Source: an uncultured Acidimicrobiales bacterium
GTDB taxonomy: Bacteria; Actinomycetota; Acidimicrobiia; Acidimicrobiales; SZUA-35
Direction of reading: 5' to 3'
Assembly (NCBI GenBank): GCA_937997485.1
Contig: CALKTH010000033.1
Span: 32,438 to 96,437 of the forward strand
Length of the DNA: 64,000 nt
The translations under genes and the position numbers were made by a program. The stretch's first letter is position 1. Each line of letters begins with the position of its first letter. The notes beneath the pieces are model-generated. The model was not told the DNA's origin. It saw only the letters and a program-made list of their open reading frames with translations, and searched no databases. Positions 23,187 through 32,863 of this stretch are shown here, in pieces.

Positions 23187-24065
23187 ATGAGTCTCCCTCG
23201 GGCGCCGAGGCCGTTGCTGGTGATGGCGCCATTGCTGATGGCGTTGTTGGTGGTAGCTGCGGCGTGCGCTGGCGTGCCCGACAGCGAATCCTTGACCGGA
23301 GAGGTCTCCGCTGTGCCCACCACCGCCACGGAGTCAACCGTGGCGTCGACGGCGGCAGCGCCATCAACCGCAGCACCTTCGACGGCACTCACGACCGTCG
23401 TTTCTTCGACAACAGCACCCTCCGCGACAGCGCCCGAATCAACGGCATCCGAAACAACCACCGCACCATCAGCAGTAGCCGGCGACACCACCGCAGCACC
23501 GGTCGAAGCCACCGGTTCGCTTCAGGAGGTCCGACTCCGATTCGAGTCACGCATCGATGACGTCACCAGCGAACAACTAGCGAGAGAGGCGATGACCATC
23601 CTCACCGATCCCCGAGGCTGGGGGCAGGCAGGATTCTCGTTCGTGCATGACGACACCAGTGAGTTCCGTGTCGTCCTCGCCGACGGCCCGGTGGTGGACG
23701 AGCTCTGCTTTCCCCTCACAACTCGAAGCCGGGTCAGTTGCCAGAACGGCACCACCGTGGCCTTGAACGCCGACCGTTGGCGGACCGCAGTTCCCCATTG
23801 GGATGCCGAGGTCAGCGACTACCGGGGCTACTTGGTCAACCACGAAGTCGGCCATCTTCTCGGGCAACGACACCCGGTCCCCCGCTGCCCGGTAGCTGGC
23901 CGCCCCGCTGGTGTCATGGAACAACAGACGGCCGGGCTCGAGGGCTGCACGGGCAACGCCTGGCCTCGCCCCTGGGAGATCGATCACGCGGCGGTTCGGC
24001 CCGTCGTGTACGCCCCACTCCCGGACTGGGCCCCCGAGCCCCGCCCCGCCAACAACGAGCGTTAG
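23187..24065 (+). CDS. secreted DUF3152-like putative zinc metalloprotease
   Basis: 292 aa with a signal peptide (LLVMAPLLMALLVVAAAC) and an Ala/Thr/Ser-rich linker. The catalytic-type domain has YLVNHEVGHLLGQRH (HExxH). Confidence 0.7.
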   Translation: MSLPRAPRPLLVMAPLLMALLVVAAACAGVPDSESLTGEVSAVPTTATESTVASTAAAPSTAAPSTALTTVVSSTTAPSATAPESTASETTTAPSAVAGDTTAAPVEATGSLQEVRLRFESRIDDVTSEQLAREAMTILTDPRGWGQAGFSFVHDDTSEFRVVLADGPVVDELCFPLTTRSRVSCQNGTTVALNADRWRTAVPHWDAEVSDYRGYLVNHEVGHLLGQRHPVPRCPVAGRPAGVMEQQTAGLEGCTGNAWPRPWEIDHAAVRPVVYAPLPDWAPEPRPANNER

Positions 24066-24095
24066 CCCGCCCCGAAAACACGCCCGAGAGCCCCC

Positions 24096-24139
24096 GTGGC
24101 ACCGTTACTTGTCGCCCTGACGTCACTCAACGGTGCCAC
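24096..24139. terminator. hairpin between convergent genes (candidate bidirectional terminator)
   Basis: Perfect 11-bp inverted repeat GTGGCACCGTT (24096-24106) / AACGGTGCCAC (24129-24139) with a 22-nt loop. It lies between stops at 24065 (+) and 24154 (-). No U-tract. Confidence 0.35.
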
Positions 24140-24153
24140 CAACTCGCTCGTGG

Positions 24154-25197
24154 TCAGGCAGTGGGAGGTGGGGACGACCGGGGGACGGAAGCTTTGGCCA
24201 GACGGTCAAGGACGGCGTCGAGGAGGGGGCCCGTGCTCGGGGGAATGATCCAGATCTCCTCGACACCTCGATCGTCCGCCGCTCGGAGCACTGCGTAGAG
24301 CCCCTCGGCGAACGCATCTGACTCCACCGGCAGCGGCCAGCGATGCAGCGCGGGCGCATCAGTCGGCCCGATCAGGCCCACCGAGTCAGGCACCGGCGCA
24401 CCCGCTGCAAGATCATCGGCACTCACGAGGCGAACCGGAGCATTCGGAGCGTAGTGCGATGCCAGCATCCCTGCGGCTCGGGACTCGCCCGATCGCCCGT
24501 CCACAACTGGCTCGCCCAGCACTCGCTCCAGCGCCTCGACCGAAACCCCACCTGGCCTCAGGAGCACCACCTCCTCGCCAACGAGCTCCACGATGGTCGA
24601 CTCCACGCCTACTCGGGAGCGGCCTCCATCAATCACCGCGTCAATGCGGCCCTCGAGGTCGGCCAGCACATGGTCTCCACTTGTCGGGCTCACGTGACCG
24701 AAGCGGTTGGCGCTGGGAGCGGCCACACCGCCGGAGCCCAGCTCGGCGAACGAGGACAACACAGCCTGGGCCACGGGATGGTCTGGCACACGTACCCCGA
24801 CACTGTCTCGACCGCCGACTACGAGGCGAGAGACACGGTCGGTCCGAGGCAGGATCAAGGTCAGCGGGCCGGGCCAAAACGCATCGGCCAGAAGGCCAAC
24901 TCTGGGGTCGGTCGAGGTCGTCCAATCCGGCAGTTGGTCGACGCTGGCGAGGTGCACGATGAGCGGGTGACCGGCGGGGCGACCTTTGGCCTCGAAGATC
25001 TTGGCGACCGCGTCGTCATCGGCGGCATCGGCGCCGAGCCCGTAGACCGTTTCGGTCGGCAAACCCACGGTCCCGCCTTCAGCAAGGATCGCTGCGGCCC
25101 GATCCGCCTCATGCGACTCGAGTCGAAGAGTGGTCTGCTCGGCTGCCTTCTGGCCGGAGTCCGGCCGCTCTCCGGATCCGGATGAGCGATCGCTCAC
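24154..25197 (-). CDS. tsaC: L-threonylcarbamoyladenylate synthase (Sua5/YwlC type, with C-terminal Sua5 domain)
   Basis: GGTVGLPTETVYGLGADA, AKGRPAGHPLIVH and the SANRFGH motif. The proposed GTG 25197 forms GTGA with the mnmA stop. The track extension to 25377 overlaps mnmA. Confidence 0.9.
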   Translation of the reverse strand: MSDRSSGSGERPDSGQKAAEQTTLRLESHEADRAAAILAEGGTVGLPTETVYGLGADAADDDAVAKIFEAKGRPAGHPLIVHLASVDQLPDWTTSTDPRVGLLADAFWPGPLTLILPRTDRVSRLVVGGRDSVGVRVPDHPVAQAVLSSFAELGSGGVAAPSANRFGHVSPTSGDHVLADLEGRIDAVIDGGRSRVGVESTIVELVGEEVVLLRPGGVSVEALERVLGEPVVDGRSGESRAAGMLASHYAPNAPVRLVSADDLAAGAPVPDSVGLIGPTDAPALHRWPLPVESDAFAEGLYAVLRAADDRGVEEIWIIPPSTGPLLDAVLDRLAKASVPRSSPPPTA

Positions 25198-26222
25198 GCC
25201 GCAGTACCGCCGCCTACAACTTGGTCGCCTTCGTAGATCACGACGGACTGGCCGGCAGCGATCCGGCGGTGCTCGCCGATCCAGCGGACGGTCGTACCGT
25301 CGATCTCGGCCGCCTGTGGTTCGCCGTGGGCGGAGGTCTGCACCGTGACACCGGAGGACACCGGTTGTCCCACCCACTGGAGATCCTCGAGCTCGAGCGC
25401 GTCCGTACGCGTCTGTTCCAGCGGTCCAACAGTCACAACTTGGTTTGCACGATCGATCTCGGTCACAAAGCGGCGCTCGGGGCTTCCGCCGAGATCCAAC
25501 CCCTTGCGCTGGCCGATCGTCACCAGCTGAATGGCCTCCGTACGCCCCACTTCGACACCAGCCTGATCAACGATCTTCGCCGGGCTGAGCGGGATGCGAT
25601 CGCCGAGGAACTGCTTGCGGCCACCGTCGGAGTGAATGAAGCAAACGTCTTGGCTGTCGGGCTTGTCGGCAGTTCTCATCCCGAGCTCGGTCGCCAGCTC
25701 ACGTACTCGCTCCTTGGTGATGTCGCCGACAGGCAGCGAGAGCCGCCGGAGTTGGCCCTGATCGAGCATGTGTAGGACGTAGCTCTGGTCCTTCGCTGGG
25801 TCGGCGCCTCGAGCGATACGACGAGTGCCGTCGGGCCGTTCAACGATGCGCGCATGGTGACCCGTCGCGATCTGGTCGAACCCAAGGGCGTCGGCCCGCC
25901 GAATCAGCTTGTCGAACTTGATGTGTCGGTTGCACTCGACACAGGGATTGGGCGTCCGCCCCTGGTCGTAGGCCTCCACGTACGGGTCGATCACGTGCTT
26001 CTCGAAGTCTTCGCCGAAGTTGAAGACGTGGTGGTCGATGTCGAGCTGCTGGGCAACGCGTCGGGCATCGTCAACGTCGGAGACCGAGCAGCAACCGGAG
26101 TCGCTCTCGCCGCCCCACAGCTTCAGCGTCACCCCAACAACGTCGTGACCCTGATCCTTCAACATGGCGGCGGTGACTGACGAGTCAACCCCGCCGGACA
26201 TTGCAACGAGAATCTCAGCCAT
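25194..26222 (-). CDS. mnmA: tRNA 2-thiouridine(34) synthase
   Basis: 342 aa from MAEILVAMSGGVDSSV (PP-loop) with conserved C...C catalytic residues. The track extension to 26825 lies inside iscS. Confidence 0.95.
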   Translation of the reverse strand: MAEILVAMSGGVDSSVTAAMLKDQGHDVVGVTLKLWGGESDSGCCSVSDVDDARRVAQQLDIDHHVFNFGEDFEKHVIDPYVEAYDQGRTPNPCVECNRHIKFDKLIRRADALGFDQIATGHHARIVERPDGTRRIARGADPAKDQSYVLHMLDQGQLRRLSLPVGDITKERVRELATELGMRTADKPDSQDVCFIHSDGGRKQFLGDRIPLSPAKIVDQAGVEVGRTEAIQLVTIGQRKGLDLGGSPERRFVTEIDRANQVVTVGPLEQTRTDALELEDLQWVGQPVSSGVTVQTSAHGEPQAAEIDGTTVRWIGEHRRIAAGQSVVIYEGDQVVGGGTAA

Positions 26223-27399
26223 GGGTAGCCTCCTGAGGATCGAGGGTCGACGGCTCCTGCTCGGCAAAGCGACGGAGCCGACGCACCGCAGCGGGTACCG
26301 CGGTAAGGGCCGCATCGACGTCGGCATCGGTGGACGAGTAGCCCAGCGACAGTCGGAGCGAACCCTGAGCCAGCGAACGAGACATGCCCATCGCTGCCAA
26401 AACGTGGCTCGGGTCTTGCGCCCCACTCGAACACGACGAGGCGGCCGACGCCAAGATGTCTTCCTTCTCCAGAAGGAAGAGCAGCGCTTCGCTCTCGATT
26501 CCGTCGAAGGCGACGTGGCACATGTTCGGTGTCTTGGCTGAGCGATCGCCACCAGGTTCGACGCCGGACTCGACCATGTCAGGCAGCTCGGCTCGGAGGC
26601 CATCGACCAGCCGGTCACGCATAGCGCCAAGACGGTCGCACTCTTCGTCGCGATGGGCCACTGTGACGGCGGCCGCCGCCGCCATTGCCCCGATGCCAGG
26701 AACGTTCTGGGTTCCGTTGCGTCGTCCCTTCTCCTGCCCTCCACCGCGAACAAGCGGGGACAGCGTGCGCCCTTCACGAACCACGAGAGCGCCCACGCCT
26801 TTCGGTCCGCCGAACTTGTGCGCACTCACCGAAATCAGGTCGGCCTCCGCTGCGGCACAGGCGACGTCGATCCAACACAAGGACTGCACGGCATCGGTGT
26901 GCAACAGCGCCTTCGGTGCGTGCTCCCGGACGAGCTCGGCAATCGGGCCCAGCGGTTGGATGATGCCGGTCTCGTTGTTTGCGAGCATGACCGAGACGAG
27001 CGTGACCTCGGAATCGAGCAGCTCAGCGAGCGCATCCAGATCGACGAAGCCGTTGTTGAGGACGCTGGCCACACGGCCTCCGGAAAACTCGACTGGCTCG
27101 AGCACCGCGTGATGCTCCGTCGCTGCGCACACCGCAACCCCGCCATGTGCAGCCAACGTGCCGAACACGGCGATGTTGTCGGCCTCGGTGCCGCCGCTGG
27201 TGAACACGATCTCACCCGGCTTGGCCCCCAACGCAGCGGCCATCGTTTCCCTCGCCTCATCCAAGACTCGGTTCGCTGACCGGGCAAGACGGTGAGCACC
27301 GGAAGGATTGCCGAAGTTCTCGGTCATGAGGGGCACCATCGCCTCGATCGCCTCGGGGCGAACGGGCGTGCTTGCCGCGTGATCGAGATAGTGCACCAT
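26215..27399 (-). CDS. iscS: cysteine desulfurase (class V aminotransferase, IscS/NifS-like)
   Basis: Starts MVHYLDHAASTP. It has the PLP-Lys motif SAHKFGGPKGVGAL and the active-site loop SSGAQDPSHVL. The stop overlaps the mnmA start by 8 nt. Confidence 0.9.
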   Translation of the reverse strand: MVHYLDHAASTPVRPEAIEAMVPLMTENFGNPSGAHRLARSANRVLDEARETMAAALGAKPGEIVFTSGGTEADNIAVFGTLAAHGGVAVCAATEHHAVLEPVEFSGGRVASVLNNGFVDLDALAELLDSEVTLVSVMLANNETGIIQPLGPIAELVREHAPKALLHTDAVQSLCWIDVACAAAEADLISVSAHKFGGPKGVGALVVREGRTLSPLVRGGGQEKGRRNGTQNVPGIGAMAAAAAVTVAHRDEECDRLGAMRDRLVDGLRAELPDMVESGVEPGGDRSAKTPNMCHVAFDGIESEALLFLLEKEDILASAASSCSSGAQDPSHVLAAMGMSRSLAQGSLRLSLGYSSTDADVDAALTAVPAAVRRLRRFAEQEPSTLDPQEATHG

Positions 27400-27415
27400 C
27401 TGCTCAAGGCTACCG

Positions 27416-28183
27416 ATGTGGTACCACAGGACCGTGTCCCAGTTCGGTCCTGCCACCTACGGCAACGCATTCGCCGACGTCTACGACGCTTGGTACGGGA
27501 CGATCACCGATGCCGATGCCACTGCCGCCTTCGTTGCCGCCCGCTCCCCACAACAGGCCCCGGTGCTGGAGCTCGGCGTCGGAACGGGTCGTCTGGTGCC
27601 AGCGCTCTTGGCCACCGGCAGACCCGTTGTCGGCGTCGATGCATCCAAGAAGATGCTGGATCTCTGTCGAGCCATCGCACCGAGACCGGCGATGGAGCTG
27701 CTGCTCGGCGATCTCGGGGCACTCCCCTTGCGGCCACAGCCTCGGTTCGGCGCTGCGCTGTGTGCCTTCAACACACTCTTCAACGTTCCGACCGAGGTGG
27801 GCCAACAAGCGTTCTTCGATTGCATCGCCGCCTGTCTGCTTTCCAACGGCGCACTCATCATCGAGGCGCTGACCGGCTACTCCCTCGGCGACGGACCGCC
27901 CTCATCCATCGGCGTGTCTCGGGCCGACGCCGACCGACTCGTGCTTTCCTCCACGGTGCTCAATGGAGCCCAACAGACGATTCGCGGCCAGCACGTCGAT
28001 CTCACCACCACCGGCGAGATCGTGGTTCGCCCGTGGCAACTCCGATGGTCGAGTCCGGAGCAGCTGGACGCCATGGCCGCGAGCGCTGGCCTCACGCTCG
28101 CCGAACGATGCGGCGACTGGGATGGGAGGCCTTGGTCAGACGATGACCCGTCGCACATCACCGTCTACCGGCTGGCGACGTGA
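27416..28183 (+). CDS. class I SAM-dependent methyltransferase
   Basis: 255 aa with motif I VLELGVGTGRL followed by VGVDASKKML. It is divergent from iscS with only 16 bp between the predicted starts. Confidence 0.75.
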   Translation: MWYHRTVSQFGPATYGNAFADVYDAWYGTITDADATAAFVAARSPQQAPVLELGVGTGRLVPALLATGRPVVGVDASKKMLDLCRAIAPRPAMELLLGDLGALPLRPQPRFGAALCAFNTLFNVPTEVGQQAFFDCIAACLLSNGALIIEALTGYSLGDGPPSSIGVSRADADRLVLSSTVLNGAQQTIRGQHVDLTTTGEIVVRPWQLRWSSPEQLDAMAASAGLTLAERCGDWDGRPWSDDDPSHITVYRLAT

Positions 28184-28197
28184 CCGACGACGGACAA

Positions 28198-29034
28198 TCA
28201 GCCGGAGATCGATGGTCCAAGCGTCATGGCCGCCACGAAGGACAGAGCGGCGAGGGCGAGGACCACACCGAAGGCTGCCGCCTTCGAGGCCTGCTCTTGC
28301 TTGACCAGCAACGCCAACACGACACCAACGGCCGCTCCGCCCACGATGCCGCCCACGTGACCCCACAGTGAAATACCGGGAAGCAAGAGGGGCAGCGCCA
28401 CGTTGATGCCAACGACCGGGGCGAACCGCTTGGCCTCCTCGATCCGACCCTGCGTTGCCAGGAGCGCTCCCGCTCCGGCAGCAAGGCCGAGGACCGCGCC
28501 CGAGGCACCGAGCGTTGGCGCACCGAAGTTGAACAACAGTACGCCGGCAGCCCCACCAAAGAGCCCACCGGCGTAGATCAGCCCCGTCCGGACAGGTCCA
28601 ATGCCTCGCTCCATCATCGAACCGAAGATGTAGAGCAGGTACATGTTGAACCCGATGTGGAAGATCGATCCGTGCAGGAAGCCTGACGTCACGATTCGCC
28701 AGAGCTCGCCGTCCTCAACGAGTGGGCCAAAGAGCACACCGTCCCGAGTGAGCGATCCGGACCGGGTACTCGTTCCGCCAGTGGCCATCTGGGCGAAGAA
28801 CACCAGGACGTTGATGGCGATGATGGCGTACGTCAGACGAGGCTCGGTGACGAGATCTTGGGGCCGGTACACCTTCTGGCCACTGCTCTTCACACACTCC
28901 GGGCAGTGAAAGCCAACCGATGCCGAGCGCATGCAATCGGTGCAGATGGGACGGTCGCACCGCTGACAGCCAACGGCGGCTGAGTTTCCTGAGTGGCGAT
29001 AGCAGACCGTGCTTTCGGTGATCACGATCGCCAA
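28198..29034 (-). CDS. rhomboid-family intramembrane serine protease with N-terminal zinc-ribbon
   Basis: 278 aa with an N-terminal CxxC...CxxC ribbon (CYRH..CQRCDRPICTDC..CPEC). Rhomboid motifs are present: GFLHGSIFHIGFNM, GASGAVLG and a catalytic His (WGHVGG). Confidence 0.85.
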   Translation of the reverse strand: MAIVITESTVCYRHSGNSAAVGCQRCDRPICTDCMRSASVGFHCPECVKSSGQKVYRPQDLVTEPRLTYAIIAINVLVFFAQMATGGTSTRSGSLTRDGVLFGPLVEDGELWRIVTSGFLHGSIFHIGFNMYLLYIFGSMMERGIGPVRTGLIYAGGLFGGAAGVLLFNFGAPTLGASGAVLGLAAGAGALLATQGRIEEAKRFAPVVGINVALPLLLPGISLWGHVGGIVGGAAVGVVLALLVKQEQASKAAAFGVVLALAALSFVAAMTLGPSISG

Positions 29035-29166
29035 CCTAGCGAGCTGGCGATAAGTCGTTCATAAATCAACGGTTGCCGGGGATCCGCCATTCTGGAAGCA
29101 GAGATCATTACCGTTCAGTAATGTGGCGGCCGACACAGGTTGCCGCCTACAAGGGAGACACACGCA

Positions 29167-29568
29167 ATGATTCAAGAATTCAAGGACTTCATCAACAAGG
29201 GCGGGGTTTTCGAAGCCGCCGTCGGCCTCATTCTGGCGTTGGCGTTTGCGCCGATCGTCAACTCGATGGTTGCCGACGTCATCATGCCAATCGTCGGTCG
29301 CATCTTCGGAGCACCCGACTTCAGCGAACTCAAGATCAACCTCGGTGGCGAGGAATGCACCACCGACGCCGATGGTGTTGAGACCTGTGTCGAGGCGGCC
29401 ATCCGCTACGGCGCCTTCATCAACACGATCATCTCGTTCATCCTGATCGCACTGGTGATCTTCATGCTGGTCAAGGCCTACAACAACGCCAATAAGGCCG
29501 AAGAGGAAGAGGACGGTCCCTCCGAGATCGATCTCCTCACCGAGATCCGCGACGGGCTCAAGAAGTAA
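29167..29568 (+). CDS. mscL: large-conductance mechanosensitive channel
   Basis: Starts MIQEFKDFINKGGVFEAAVGLILALAFAPIVNSMVADVIMPIVG, the canonical MscL N-terminus/TM1. SD AAGGGAG lies upstream of ATG 29167. Confidence 0.9.
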   Translation: MIQEFKDFINKGGVFEAAVGLILALAFAPIVNSMVADVIMPIVGRIFGAPDFSELKINLGGEECTTDADGVETCVEAAIRYGAFINTIISFILIALVIFMLVKAYNNANKAEEEEDGPSEIDLLTEIRDGLKK

Positions 29569-29594
29569 GGTCCTCGCACCTCGCGCTACTCGGG

Positions 29595-29630
29595 CCGGTC
29601 CGCGTCTGCGGGCCGGCTCGGTTCGTTTTC
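29595..29630 (+). terminator. intrinsic terminator candidate after mscL
   Basis: Stem CCGGTCCGC / GCGGGCCGG (one G-U pair), loop GTCT, followed by CTCGGTTCGTTTTC. It starts 27 nt after the mscL stop. Confidence 0.55.
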
Positions 29631-29659
29631 ACCTCAAGACGAGCGCCGGGCAGGCGAGC

Positions 29660-30682
29660 TCAGGACGCTCCCGGTTCGGCCAGGGGCTCGTCAAGCAACC
29701 GACCAGCAGCGTCCCAGGGATCCACGGTCCGAGCGACCACGTCGCTGCGAAGCGAGCTGAAGGCATCCGTCGCCCGCAGTGCGCGCACTCGCTCGTCGAG
29801 CCGCTCCCTCACGATGCGCTCCAGCTCTTCTTCTCTACGTTGAGCCCGACGCTCTTCGAGGCCACCCGTGCGGTCCAGAAAGCTTCGATGCTCACGGATC
29901 GCGGCCCAGAGTCCGTCGAGGCCAGAAGGTTCCGAGGCCACCGTGGACACGATGGGCGGGCGCCAGTGCGGGCCAACGAATCCGTGAATCGGATCGTCGT
30001 CTTCTCTGGTTTCGCCGTTGCCGGACAGATCGAGCATGTATTCCAGATCCCTGCGTGTGTCGTCAGCACCCGCCCGATCCGACTTGTTGATCACGAAGAT
30101 GTCGGCGATCTCCATCAGCCCGGCCTTATTCGCCTGGACGGCATCTCCCCAACCCGGGTTGACCACGACGATGGTGGTGTCTGCGGCTCCGACGACATCG
30201 ACTTCGACCTGACCGACGCCCACGGTTTCGATCAGCACCCACTCCCGGCCAGTCGCTTCCAGGAGCCGAACAGCAGCCGGCGTGGCGAGTGCGAGGCCGC
30301 CGAGGTGGCCGCGGGTTGCCATCGAACGGATGAAGACATTCTCGTCGAGTGCGTGCTCCTGCATCCGCACCCGGTCACCGAGAATTGCACCACCGGTGAA
30401 CGGCGACGAAGGGTCGATGGCCAAGACGGCGAGGGCAAGATCATCGGCCCGCATCTGAGTGACCAGTGCGGAGGTCAGCGTGGACTTTCCAGCACCCGGG
30501 GCACCGGTGATGCCAACGGTGTATCCGTTGCCAGCGAACGGGAACGCGAGCTGGCCCACTGTTCGAGCGGGAGCTCCACCTCGTTCGATCACCGAAAGCA
30601 GCCGGGCAAGACCCGAGCGACGACCGTTGCGAGCTGCGTCGAAGAGCCCTTGGAGGCGTTCGATGTCCACCGGGGCGCTCAA
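29660..30682 (-). CDS. meaB: methylmalonyl-CoA mutase-associated G3E GTPase (MeaB/ArgK)
   Basis: 340 aa with the P-loop GITGAPGAGKSTL, ETVGVGQ and the NKSD motif. Confidence 0.9.
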   Translation of the reverse strand: MSAPVDIERLQGLFDAARNGRRSGLARLLSVIERGGAPARTVGQLAFPFAGNGYTVGITGAPGAGKSTLTSALVTQMRADDLALAVLAIDPSSPFTGGAILGDRVRMQEHALDENVFIRSMATRGHLGGLALATPAAVRLLEATGREWVLIETVGVGQVEVDVVGAADTTIVVVNPGWGDAVQANKAGLMEIADIFVINKSDRAGADDTRRDLEYMLDLSGNGETREDDDPIHGFVGPHWRPPIVSTVASEPSGLDGLWAAIREHRSFLDRTGGLEERRAQRREEELERIVRERLDERVRALRATDAFSSLRSDVVARTVDPWDAAGRLLDEPLAEPGAS

Positions 30683-30721
30683 CGTTGCGCTATCAAGAGC
30701 AGCAGCGGCACGTGAACGGGA

Positions 30722-31036
30722 TCAGCCAGCGATCGGGGAGACCTTGGCCCCACCGATGACGACGGCAGTGCCGTCGTCGCTGTTGTCAGCCAGTTCGGCG
30801 CCGACGTGTTCGACGGCGGTCACGCCCTCGACGCGAGACGTCATGATGCGCTCGATCCCGTCCTTCAAGGTTGCCGTCGAGACCGGACAGGTGACGCAGG
30901 CTCCGGTCAGCTCAACTGAGACAACGCCACTCTCCTCGTCGAGTGACCGAAAGAAGATGTCACCCTCGTCGGCCTGGATGGCGGGGCGGATGACGTCGAT
31001 GACCGCCATCACCTTCTTTTCCATCGTGCTGCTCAT
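30722..31036 (-). CDS. NifU C-terminal-domain (Nfu-type) Fe-S cluster carrier
   Basis: 104 aa from MSSTMEKKV with the CxxC motif LTGACVTCPVSTATLK typical of the Nfu/NifU C-terminal domain. The upstream track extension is rejected. Confidence 0.8.
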   Translation of the reverse strand: MSSTMEKKVMAVIDVIRPAIQADEGDIFFRSLDEESGVVSVELTGACVTCPVSTATLKDGIERIMTSRVEGVTAVEHVGAELADNSDDGTAVVIGGAKVSPIAG

Positions 31037-31142
31037 CAGCTGGCTCCTTCTGGGTGTTCGAGTGCCGTCCGTCCAGACCGAAGGGTCTGTGCATTCGCTT
31101 CGTGCGGCGTGGGAGAAAGGGTATCGCTCTACCCTGGCGAGG

Positions 31143-31355
31143 ATGAATCCCTGGCTGAGTGTTGAAGCGTTTGGGAGCACGATTTTGTTCCCGTTCTTCG
31201 CTCATCAAGGCGGCTGGGACGAGATTCTGCTCGTGGCCGCACCACTCGCATTCATCGGCCTGCTGCTCTGGTTGGCCAACAAGCGGGTCGATGCCAAGCT
31301 CGAAACGCAAGCTCAAGACGGCGCGACTCATCCGGACAAGACCGACGCCGGGTGA
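31143..31355 (+). CDS. small hypothetical membrane protein
   Basis: 70 aa (MNPWLSVEAFGSTILFPFFAHQGGWDEILLVAAPLAFIGLLLWLANK...) with two hydrophobic segments. Its stop overlaps the GTG of the next gene (GTGA at 31352-31355). Confidence 0.35.
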   Translation: MNPWLSVEAFGSTILFPFFAHQGGWDEILLVAAPLAFIGLLLWLANKRVDAKLETQAQDGATHPDKTDAG

Positions 31356-32851
31356 CCACACTCACTGTTGAGCATCCAGCCGATCCGGACCTCCTGGCCT
31401 CGCTCAGAGAAGCCCGACACGATTTCCTCGATGAATCCGAGGATGGCACCGACCGCTGGGTACAAGCGAAGGGCCCGTTCCGCCGGTACGAACGACAGCT
31501 GAGCGTGCACCCAGACTCGGGGCGGGTCACCGAAACGACGAGCTTCTCGCTCGACATCCCGATCTGGCGACCCATCTTCACCATCTTCATGAAGCGGGCG
31601 CTGGCGGACACGGATCGCACACCAAGGCAGCGGCTCTGGTGGTCTCGGACCGTCCTGTCGAACCAGGTGGTCCGGCTCCTGAGTGCGCTCAGCGTGCTCA
31701 GCATCATGACCGGCTACCTGGGCGTCCTCATCGGCCAGACCATCACCTTTGCGTCTGAGGAATTTGGCGTTGGCGACAATGCGCAGGCTCGCACACTCGC
31801 AGCCATTCGCATCGGGATCATCGTGTCCGTCATCGCGATTCGAAAGGCCGACGTCATCGGTCGGCGGCCGTTGCTCCTCGGCTTCACCGTCGGTGCGCTC
31901 ACGTTCTCCCTTGCCACCGCGTTCGTGCCCAGCCTGATCTGGCTCGGCGTCACCCAAGGAATCGCTCGAGGTTTCACTACCGGGCTGATCACCCTCCTCA
32001 TCCTCTCGGCCACTGAGGAAGTGCCGGCCGAGTCCCGGGCACTCGGCATCAGCCTGATGGCGATCGCGGCCGGCTTCGGCGCCTTTCTCGTCCAACCGAC
32101 GTTGGTCTTGGCCGATACCGGCATCGGCGGCTGGCGCTGGTCGTTCCTGCTCTCGGGCCTCTTCATTCCCGTCGTGGTGTGGGCCGCCGCGGTGCTCCCA
32201 GAGACCACCCGCTACACGGTGGCGGCAGACGAGGGCGTCGTTGGCATCATTGATCGCTCACGCTTCATCCTCGTCGCCGGCTCGGCCTTCCTCTCGGCGC
32301 TCTTCCTGTCCCCCGCTTCGCAGCTTCTCAACGAGTACCTCCGGGATGATCTCTCGTGGACCGGCTCCGAGATCAGCCTCTTCCGCATTGTCACCGGCAC
32401 ACCCGTCGGCATCGTGGTGATTGCGGCGGGTCTCATCGCCGACCGCGCGGGACGCAAACCCATCGGCAGCGTCGGCCTCGCGATCGGCACGGGCGCAAGC
32501 CTGGCTGTCTTCTTCCTCACCGGCGCCGCCTTGTGGGTAATGAGCGCGCTTGGCTTGTGGCTCCTTGCCGCAGCGACGCCGGCGCTTCGCGGCTACCAGA
32601 CCGAGCTGTTCCCCACTCGGGCCCGGGCAAGGGTTGGTGGCTGGGTCGACCTGATTGCCGTCACCGGCAGCGCCATCGGTCTCTTGCTTGTGGGTGAGCT
32701 GGCAGAGCGCTGGGACTCTTTGGGATGGGCGATCGCCGTACTCACGCCCGGCCCTCTCATCGTGGCGGGCCTCGTGCTCTTCGTCTATCCGGAGACCGCA
32801 GCGGTGGAGCTCGAGGTCTTCAACCCTGATGACCCAGAGTTCACGCCTTGA
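31352..32851 (+). CDS. MFS transporter with ~100-aa soluble N-terminal extension
   Basis: 499 aa with 12 hydrophobic helices, the MFS loop motif (RKADVIGRRP) and a non-membrane N-terminal region of unknown fold. Confidence 0.8.
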   Translation: MTTLTVEHPADPDLLASLREARHDFLDESEDGTDRWVQAKGPFRRYERQLSVHPDSGRVTETTSFSLDIPIWRPIFTIFMKRALADTDRTPRQRLWWSRTVLSNQVVRLLSALSVLSIMTGYLGVLIGQTITFASEEFGVGDNAQARTLAAIRIGIIVSVIAIRKADVIGRRPLLLGFTVGALTFSLATAFVPSLIWLGVTQGIARGFTTGLITLLILSATEEVPAESRALGISLMAIAAGFGAFLVQPTLVLADTGIGGWRWSFLLSGLFIPVVVWAAAVLPETTRYTVAADEGVVGIIDRSRFILVAGSAFLSALFLSPASQLLNEYLRDDLSWTGSEISLFRIVTGTPVGIVVIAAGLIADRAGRKPIGSVGLAIGTGASLAVFFLTGAALWVMSALGLWLLAAATPALRGYQTELFPTRARARVGGWVDLIAVTGSAIGLLLVGELAERWDSLGWAIAVLTPGPLIVAGLVLFVYPETAAVELEVFNPDDPEFTP

Positions 32852-32863
32852 GGCCCCTGCCGC

